A stretch of 56,504 nucleotides of DNA, the filler included, from Ionaspis alba (taxonomy: Eukaryota), in NCBI GenBank assembly GCA_964255285.1. It is 3 parts of 3 records of this genome, joined end to end, with 100 filler letters (N's around TTAATTAATTAA, not from the genome) between each part and the next. Parts side by side here need not be neighbours in the genome. Positions count along the whole stretch, not along the records: positions 37,784 to 56,504 come from CAXUUL010000283.1; 2 more parts are not named here. One strand, 5' to 3'. Within the stretch, counting starts at the first letter, position 1, and each line of letters opens with the position of its first letter. The position numbers and the translations under genes were made by a program. This document shows, one piece after another, positions 49,101 through 56,504 of the stretch. The notes beneath the pieces were generated by a model that was not told the origin of the DNA, made no database searches, and saw only the letters and a program-made list of their open reading frames with translations.

Positions 49101-49991
49101 TCCATCGTCTCGGAGCATTTCCACACCACGCGTCCACGTTCCCCTATCTCCGTCACCTCCGAGCACTCTATTCCAGCGCCTTACACCCAAGATCTCGAGC
49201 CCATCCTCGAAGATGACACGTCCCTCCCTGGCCTCATCAGCTGGGCTCCGCTGCGTCCCGCGCCCTCAACCCGCAGCTCGCGCGCCAGCTCCCATGCTAC
49301 AAATTGGGCATCAGCACTGCATCAAGACCTTAGCGTTCTACATGGCAGTACCGCTCTTCGCAGCCCGGATTCCACCAGTCCATATCCGCATGGAAGTCCT
49401 ATCAGCCAACCACAACCCGCACCAGGTCGCCGCTCCTCCTTGCGCCGCCCTCGCTTGCGTTCACCGATTCAGTCCAGCGACTCGGCTATAAGCCCTACCA
49501 CAACCGCTGCTCCCGCCCACCGTCTCCCATCTATCCGCCGTTCCTTTTCGCCTACCATACCTGCCTCTTCCCGCAATCCCATAAACTCTGTTACCCCTCC
49601 AACCGCAGTCACCACCACCACCACCATCGCCAACCCTAATATAGTATCCGGAACGATTGACCCCCACTCCACCCTTCCTCTCGCCCAAGCAATCGAATCC
49701 GGCCTCATCACCCTCAGCGAGAATCTGCTCGCGCTCACGCAGCGATCTCCACCCACCCGCACCACGGCGTCCACGCCGCCCCCTGCAAGCGCAAATCCGA
49801 GGCCGAGGAAGAGGACGAGGAGGTCGTGGGGGAGGACGAAGACGCTGATTATTCTGCCAGATAGTGAGAGTGAAGGGGAGGGAGGGAAGGTTGTGGGAGG
49901 GGCAGAGACAAGGAGCGAGGGTGGAAGGAGAGAGAGCGAGAGCAGGGCTGATGAAGCTCTCATTGGGGGAAGGGTCAGACATTCGGCTTGA
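46174..49991 (+). CDS. Membrane-embedded processive glycosyltransferase family 2
   Basis: Exons 46174-47207, 47272-47455, 47662-47949, 48003-48560, 48618-49991. N-terminal TMs, LLIPCYKS, VIANG, LLIDDD, AQDIEYKL, SVSEDW, VETETP, KQRFFRW, then C-terminal TMs and a disordered tail. Confidence 0.85.
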
Positions 49992-50694
49992 TGGGAAGAG
50001 TGGTGCGTTGTGCTCATCGGAGATAGAAGTGGTGTGCGTTGCCAGAGGTGGATTTCGTTGTTGAACTTTCTCGAAGCCTGNNNNNNNNNNNNNNNNNNNN
50101 NNNNNNNNNNNNNNNNNNNNNNNNNNNNNNNNNNNNNNNNNNNNNNNNNNNNNNNNNNNNNNNNNNNNNNNNNNNNNNNNGAAGTGGTGTGCGTTGCCAG
50201 AGGTGGATTTCGTTGTTGAACTTTCTCGAAGCCTGAAGGGAAGAAGATTAATGAAGCGATTTAGCGCATGATGTTTGCAAAATCAGCATTGGAAGTGGGA
50301 TGCATTGGCGAGGCGAAAGTGGCGAAAAGGAGACTGGCGTTCAAAAGATGAAACGATGTTGGATATTTAGCTATATATGGAAATCATTTGATGAATCACG
50401 ATATCTAATGGCTGCTCAGATAAGCAGGCTGGCGTTTCCGACGACGTTATAGTCAATTGACAGTTCGACGACCACATTCATATCAGGGCATTCAAAGACA
50501 GACCTTCGAAAATTATATGTGTATTAGCCGTCACTCAAATCAACCGCGACCAAGTACACCACAAACGCTCGAAAAATGCAAACAATTCACAAACAAACAT
50601 TCACTCATTCCAGCTCACCTCTACCGGCACCCACGCCCGCAAGAACGCCGTTTTCCCCACCACAACCGCTCTCATATCCCAACCCCCACTCCGC

Positions 50695-51923
50695 CTAAAC
50701 CGTCCCCGCAATACTCAAATCCCTAATCTCCCCCAGAATCTGATCGACCCTAACATCCAATCTGCCCTCTGCATAATTCTCCCTCGTATCCGCATCCAAA
50801 TACTGCTGCACCTGCGCCATGCGCGAATACGCCTCCGAGCAGAACCTGAGTTGGATTTTCACCAACGCCTCGAAGCTGGGATCCAGGTACGGGACGCGTA
50901 GGTCAATGAGTTGAGGGAGTTCAGTGAAGAGTTGCTCGTTCAGGTTCTCGTAGGCGGTTTTCGCGAGCTCGGATTCTCGTTCTGCTCGGGGAAGTTTGGT
51001 GGCGTCTTTGTCGGGTTTTTCGACGAGCTTTTTGACGCGTGCGCGGGTGGCGTCGTAGTCGAGGAGTTTGTGGTTGCGCTTTTTGATGCCTGAATTGGGA
51101 TTTGGATTAGTTGGGTGAGGGAGATGGACAGAAGGGGGGAGTGGAAGGTGTGGGATACGGGACGCACACTCATTGATGTCGGGAAAATAGCTGCAGAAGC
51201 GGCCAATGGGTTCGAGGACTGTGGTTCTATATTACTCTTGATAAGCCACGAACTCTTGATGGGGGGAAGAGCAGCGATCGATCCTACCTGTATGGACCGT
51301 CGAGCGCTTTGATGGTTTCGGCATCTAGGTCTTCCACGGCCTGCTTGTAGCTCCTGCTCACTCCATCCTTTGCCCCGGCGTCGCCGTAGAAGGCGTCGAT
51401 AGTCTCAGCGATGCGCATTTGGGAGGCAGTCATGGCTACGACTGATAGTTAACCATTGTATTTCGCATCCCAGGTATTGCTAGCTCACCTCGAAGAGCAT
51501 CAAGGTAGCCCTTCGCTTCCTTCTGAAGTCGATTCGCTGCACTTTCCAGGGTTCGGTAGCGCCTAATGCAGCTCTCAGTAAGGAATCCTTTTCCTTCGTC
51601 TGCTGAAGCTCTTTATGCCACGAAGGGCATGGCAAACGATGGTGGAGTTGGAGGACGATCCATACCGCTCTTCGACTTCGTAGTCTCGATCGTTGGTCTT
51701 CTCCACATGACCTAAAGCACGCAAGTATGAGCTTAGTGCGTCCCAATAGCGAGAACATGCAGTTTCCGTGGATATGACCAAAGCTCGCGGGAGGGGCGGG
51801 GCATACCAGTCTTCATCATCACCTGGGTCGTCGCTCGATTGACATTCTTCTTGAAGCCTGCATCATCTGTTAGGAGCAGGTTAGACATAGCACTGGAAAG
51901 GAATACAGACCTGCCCAAGACAT
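50695..51923 (-). CDS. RVS161: Amphiphysin-like N-BAR protein
   Basis: Seven exons spelling MSWAGFKKNVNRATTQVMMKTGHVEKTNDRDYEVEERRYRTLE...AMTASQMRIAETIDAFYGD...IKKRNHKLLDYD...QLIDLRVPYLDPSFEALVKIQLRFC...LSIAGTV*. Confidence 0.95.
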
Positions 51924-53677
51924 GGTTAGGTTAGGAGAAAGGTCGGTCTCAAAGATGCAAGATTGACGCAGATCGTGGTGGTTCGACGGCCGTGAAAAGA
52001 CTACACACTTGGAACAAAGGCAGCGATACGCAAAGACAAGATCTCGGGATGACGAGTCTCGGCTATTTTGATCGTGGCTGTTAGACTAGCGAGATAGGCG
52101 CTGTGGTTGTTGAGCACTATATCCGACTGTCCTAGGCCTGCGTGCTTCATTCCCTCCAAATACAACCATCAATTACAACGTTTACCATTGTTAAGCAGAT
52201 CGTCCCCCAATTTAAGTCTCTCGATAGAAGCTTTCGATGCGATATCTTATACGTGACTCCTTTGATACCGGCGAAGCTAAGCTACATGCGATTGGATGGC
52301 CCAGACGATAAAGATCTGCTGGCAATCTTCAGTGTGAGCCATTCATCTAATACCAAGGTCAAAACCTCATCTATGGCGTATTTCACAGCGAAGAGACAGC
52401 AAATCTGTATAGTTGGCAAGCTACCCGCTACTTGCCGTGGTCTTCAGCCCAAATTCGGTTCGAGGAATGAGGATCACTATTGAAGTATAAGCAGGACCTA
52501 CCGGCGCAGGAGTAGAAGTCTGACGGGACGAAGATCGAAAGACACATATTCTCCTATCGTGCAAACAGTCCTCATAGCTATACAAGTCAAGGAGTCTCAG
52601 GGGATATTTAGAGCGAAGAACGATGTTCTCTAATTGTCCTATTCTTCCACGTCGATTTCGATCATGACTTTTCATCTCTGTGCTATGCTCTTCACGTGAG
52701 AGCAGTCCTCATCTATCAAACAAGCTGTTACGATTAGCCTATCGTAGCCATGAAACATCTCAGTGCTCTTTGGAAGATTGCAAGAGTTTAGGGGGTAGCA
52801 GAGCGCGGCCTTGCCATCCTGAGAGACAGCTGAACGACAAGAGTGACCTTGAACTGGCGCAATTGAATAATGGACAATACCGAAGCGATTATCTGTCCGA
52901 TCATAGCAAGCATGGCTGGATGGGAGAACGGTCCATGTACGATAGAAGGGAATGACATGGGTTCAGCACCACTGAGAAAAGTAACAACTTGTTTAGCACA
53001 TATAGTGATGACTAATGTCACCTCGATGGTATCCCACATGCACTATTTCGTGTAGGGTCTTCAACCCCCAGACATTTAGATGGCATCAGGATGGGATATG
53101 GGGGACGGGACGCCGCGAAGTCCCAATTACATCACACAGACATCACGTAGAGCACCACTAGCCAAGCATCGGAAAGTATGATGACATAAAACAAGAGCCA
53201 GAAGCAATGAGCCTCCAGTTCTTCATTCAATTGAAAGTGCTANNNNNNNNNNNNNNNNNNNNNNNNNNNNNNNNNNNNNNNNNNNNNNNNNNNNNNNNNN
53301 NNNNNNNNNNNNNNNNNNNNNNNNNNNNNNNNNNNNNNNNNNAAAACAAGAGCCAGAAGCAATGAGCCTCCAGTTCTTCATTCAATTGAAAGTGCTAAGC
53401 AAGCGAGGTCGTTGCCCAAGAGTGTACCGTCCTTGCCTCTCTAACAACAAACCCCCTCTCTATCTCCTTAACGCCGTGCCTGAAGAACGAACAAACGACA
53501 ATAAGTCAGAAGTGTGATGCGAAGGCCGTGAGTAAATGATTGCGCAAGCGATGCCGATGCGCTGGGAAGGCTATGCCGGTGACTCGTCACAGATCGTGAA
53601 AGGCATGTAGGTAAGGTCAAAGCGAGGCGGAGAACAAGCGTGGCGAAGTTTTAGATAGGAGGAAGGAGAAGAGGTCG

Positions 53678-55320
53678 TCAGAAGCCCTCTTCACCAGCTT
53701 TGCAAAGCTTGATCTCGCGCCCCCACTCCGACTTCAAAACTTGGGAAGCGGTGATCCGGCGCGTGGGATTGGGGTCGAGGATGGAGTAGATGACATTCCG
53801 ACACCTCGCCTGTCCAAACCAGTCAGCCCTTATTCAAAGCCCAAAAAGGAAAAAGCAAGGGAAGGAGGGAAAAAACATACCCGATGCAACGTCTCAATAG
53901 GCTGATACCCATCCTCATCCCTCCTCCCCTCAAGATACCTTTCAAAAAACTCATCCTCATCCCTCTTCGCCACCCTCCACAAATGCCTCCCCGTCCTCAT
54001 GGCCATATAAATCACCCCCGTCGCCCAAACATCCACCGCCCGGGGATCAAACTCCTTATCCACATACTCCTCCGGAGCAATATACGGCGCACTTCCACAA
54101 AGCCCCGCCGTCATATGCGCCTCCTTCTCCCACGCCATGCGAAAACACTCTCCATTTCCAAAATCCGTAATCTTCAACGATCCATGCGTCGTCAGGAGCA
54201 AATTCTCCGGTTTCAAATCCCGATGCGCAACCCCCATCTCATGCATATACTCGACGCCCCTCATCATCTGCTTGAAATAACAATCCGCCTCCACGACATC
54301 CAATTTCCCCGCCGCCAAGACCAACGTGTACAGATCACCCCCGGCACAGAATTCCATCACCTCGCAATAATCCCCCTTGGCGTCCTGCAGCAAATCAAGC
54401 GTATGGATCACATTCGGATGCCGCAAACTCGAACTGATGCAAAACTCCGACGTCAGTCTCTTCTGATACTTCTTCGGCGACTCCTGCGGCCGCCGCCGAA
54501 ACTCCTTGACCGCGTACAGCTGCTCGGATTTCGAGTCGTTGGGGTCTGTTTTGTGGGAGATGCGTACGATGCCGAAGGCGCCGCGGCCGACGATTTCTTG
54601 GCATTTGCCGTATTTTTCGACGAGGGTGTGCGTTGCGTTGGGGCCGCCTTTTTTGTCGGTTGCGAGCCGCTCGCGCTCGTTTTTGAGCTGGTCGACCCAC
54701 GTTGACATGAGTGAGAGTTGTTGGTGCTCGGGGTCGTGGTCGCCGGCGCCTTCGCCTTTTTTCTTATTGCCCCCGAGCATGTCCCGCAGCATGTCCGAGA
54801 GCTTTTCTTGCCGTTTGGCGCTTTTCAGTTGGTGCTCGTGGGTGCCGTCGGGGTGGAGGATGAAGCGTTGGTGGGGATGGTCGGGGTCTTTGGTGTCTTT
54901 GGGGTCTTTCTTTATGTTTGTCGTGCTCTGTTTTCGGTCGCTGGAGGCGGCGGATTCGGGTCGCTTGTCGCTGTGGGAGGGTTGGCGGGAGGGAGGTTTT
55001 CGTACTGAGGCTCGAGAGGTCGTACCGTTCGTCTCTGGTTCCGAGACGCTGTTTTCTCCAGGTTGTCCATTGGGATTTTCGGATGGGGTGGCGTTTTTCG
55101 GGCCATGAGAGAACATTCGACTCAGTCGACCGGTAATCGTGGGCTTTTTTGGTGTCGGTTGCAATGAAGCATTGTGAGCCGCTCCAGTGGACTCCTCGGG
55201 TATAGTCGGAGTGGTGTCGGTCTGTTTGGCATCCTGTGAATAGAGGGAGGTCGAGGATACGGACGGAGAAGGTGTTGAGGATGGCTGGTTATTAACGAGT
55301 AGAGTTGATTGGGCACTCAT
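53678..55320 (-). CDS. NPR/HAL-family Ser/Thr kinase (Hal4/Sat4-like)
   Basis: Exons 55320-53881, 53809-53678. VGRGAFGIV, YAVKEF, RLTSEFCISSSLRHPNVI, HRDLKPENLL, ITDFG, CGSAPYIAPEE; last exon ARCRNVIYSILDPNP...AGEEGF*. Confidence 0.93.
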
Positions 55321-56504
55321 CGTGATTCGATTTTCTTCCTTCAATCTCAATGTATAGGTTTTCGAGGTTGTCTTGGCCCTCGTCTGATGGGGCACAGGGC
55401 CCAAGAAGCGATATTTGGGGTCAGAAAGGTGTCGCACAGTCGATGATGAGGTTATTAGGAGTCGTAGGTGTAATGAGGAGAAAGAGAAGAGTCTGGTGCG
55501 CGTAGAAATAGAATTGTGGGGTTCGTCTTCGACGCAGATTTGGGCCAGTGGCTTTTTCGCGGTACCAGCAGGTTCGAAGGCGTTGCTGCTTACCAAAGCG
55601 CTGACGATGAGAGAACCGCACGCGCCCGGTGGCACTGCTGAACACCACGTGCCTTTGGGAGAGGGGTGAAAATTCTCCGGAGAATTCTTCCCGTCACTCA
55701 GGTCATGACAAGCAGTGTCGAGGAATAATTAATTGCTCGATTAGAGAGGATTTGTGGTTGTGGGGAGAAAAGTGGAGGGAGATTTGCATGGTCATTCCAA
55801 ATTCTAGCTTTGGACCAGCGCTATGAGGTTCGGTGAAACACCGAGGTCATCATCTTGAGCTTCGGTCGACATGATTGCGGAGTGGACTACAAGAGACTCT
55901 GCTGTGCAAGGCTCCCGAGACAACGGAGTTAGAAAGGGGGTTGGGGCAAGACTGAGTGAACGGGTCTTTTGCAACTGTGGAAGTGGGGAGTGGGTGTTGT
56001 GGCAGGGAGGAATTGGTGTTGTTCGAAGTTTTCTTCTTTGATAATTGCTTGTGTGAGATGCCTGCTTCCTTTTAAAAGCAAGTGAGTCCCTTGTTCGCCC
56101 CCCTTTGCTCAATTGCCAATCACCAATGCAACCAGGTGTGATGAGGGTACTGCTGCTCTGCACATTGCTCATCACACACATGTTGATGATAACGATGATG
56201 CACGCGATCTACGTCTGACACAAATCCGCATCGCATGTGCATCTACAATTCGTTGCCAAATAGATTGAGGAGTTTCGCTCCACGTGTTGGGAGGGATAGA
56301 GTTGGCCACAGGATTGCGGGCGGCGGAGGAGAGTCAGTCCACTGCAGCAACTTCCCAGGAAACATCACGGCCCAGTTGGTCAACTCGAAACGCGAGGGAA
56401 GGGCAATCCGGTCTTCCCTTGAATAACACAGCGGTGCATGGCAGCATGGCCGCCTACTGCGCGCTTACCGTGCATCAACTTTCTGGCTCTTCCGCAACCT
56501 GTCT

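Noticed and set aside
50026..50235. Perfect 55-bp direct repeat flanking an N100 gap, resembling an LTR or target-site duplication
   Set aside because: Exactly 55 nt on each side, and the same length occurs at the 53243 gap. This fits a k-mer overlap artefact of the assembler.
52140..53060. Short hydrophobic ORFs between RVS161 and the kinase
   Set aside because: No coherent exon chain or family similarity could be established by eye.
53188..53397. Second perfect 55-bp direct repeat around an N100 gap
   Set aside because: Same k-mer overlap artefact.
53884..55108. Long plus-strand ORFs (273 and 200 aa), and similar ones opposite the TBC, CFEM, NSR1 and PEX5 genes
   Set aside because: Antisense shadows of real genes, favoured by codon bias and skew.

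Overview
Eukaryotic DNA from a filamentous ascomycete (Pezizomycotina; the gene set and composition would fit a lichen-forming or related fungus, which is inference). Genes have short GT-AG introns with CTAAC/CTGAC branch points. The window is stitched: two artificial N44-TTAATTAATTAA-N44 linkers (18816-18915, 37684-37783) join possibly unrelated contigs, and four N100 scaffold gaps are present. About 24 protein genes were reconstructed by hand. Housekeeping genes: TBC Rab-GAP, APS2, PPM1, SNU23, SPT3, DPH5, MNN10, NSR1, ALG6, REX1-like, PEX5, RVS161 and a HAL4/SAT4 kinase. Cell-surface genes: SUN-domain and CFEM proteins. An accessory-looking stretch (38.9-50 kb) holds small secreted proteins, an HD-domain enzyme, a Kex2-type repeat-peptide precursor and a processive GT2 synthase. 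There is also a frameshifted NmrA-like remnant. Best leads: (1) an uncharacterised tail-anchored protein with the motif layout of a selective-autophagy receptor; (2) about nine sharp C/A-rich to G/T-rich skew flips that ignore gene orientation and resemble replication origins; (3) a His/Asp-rich repeat-peptide precursor; (4) a long, highly structured first intron in SPT3; (5) several splice-level oddities. All assignments were made by eye; no searches were run.
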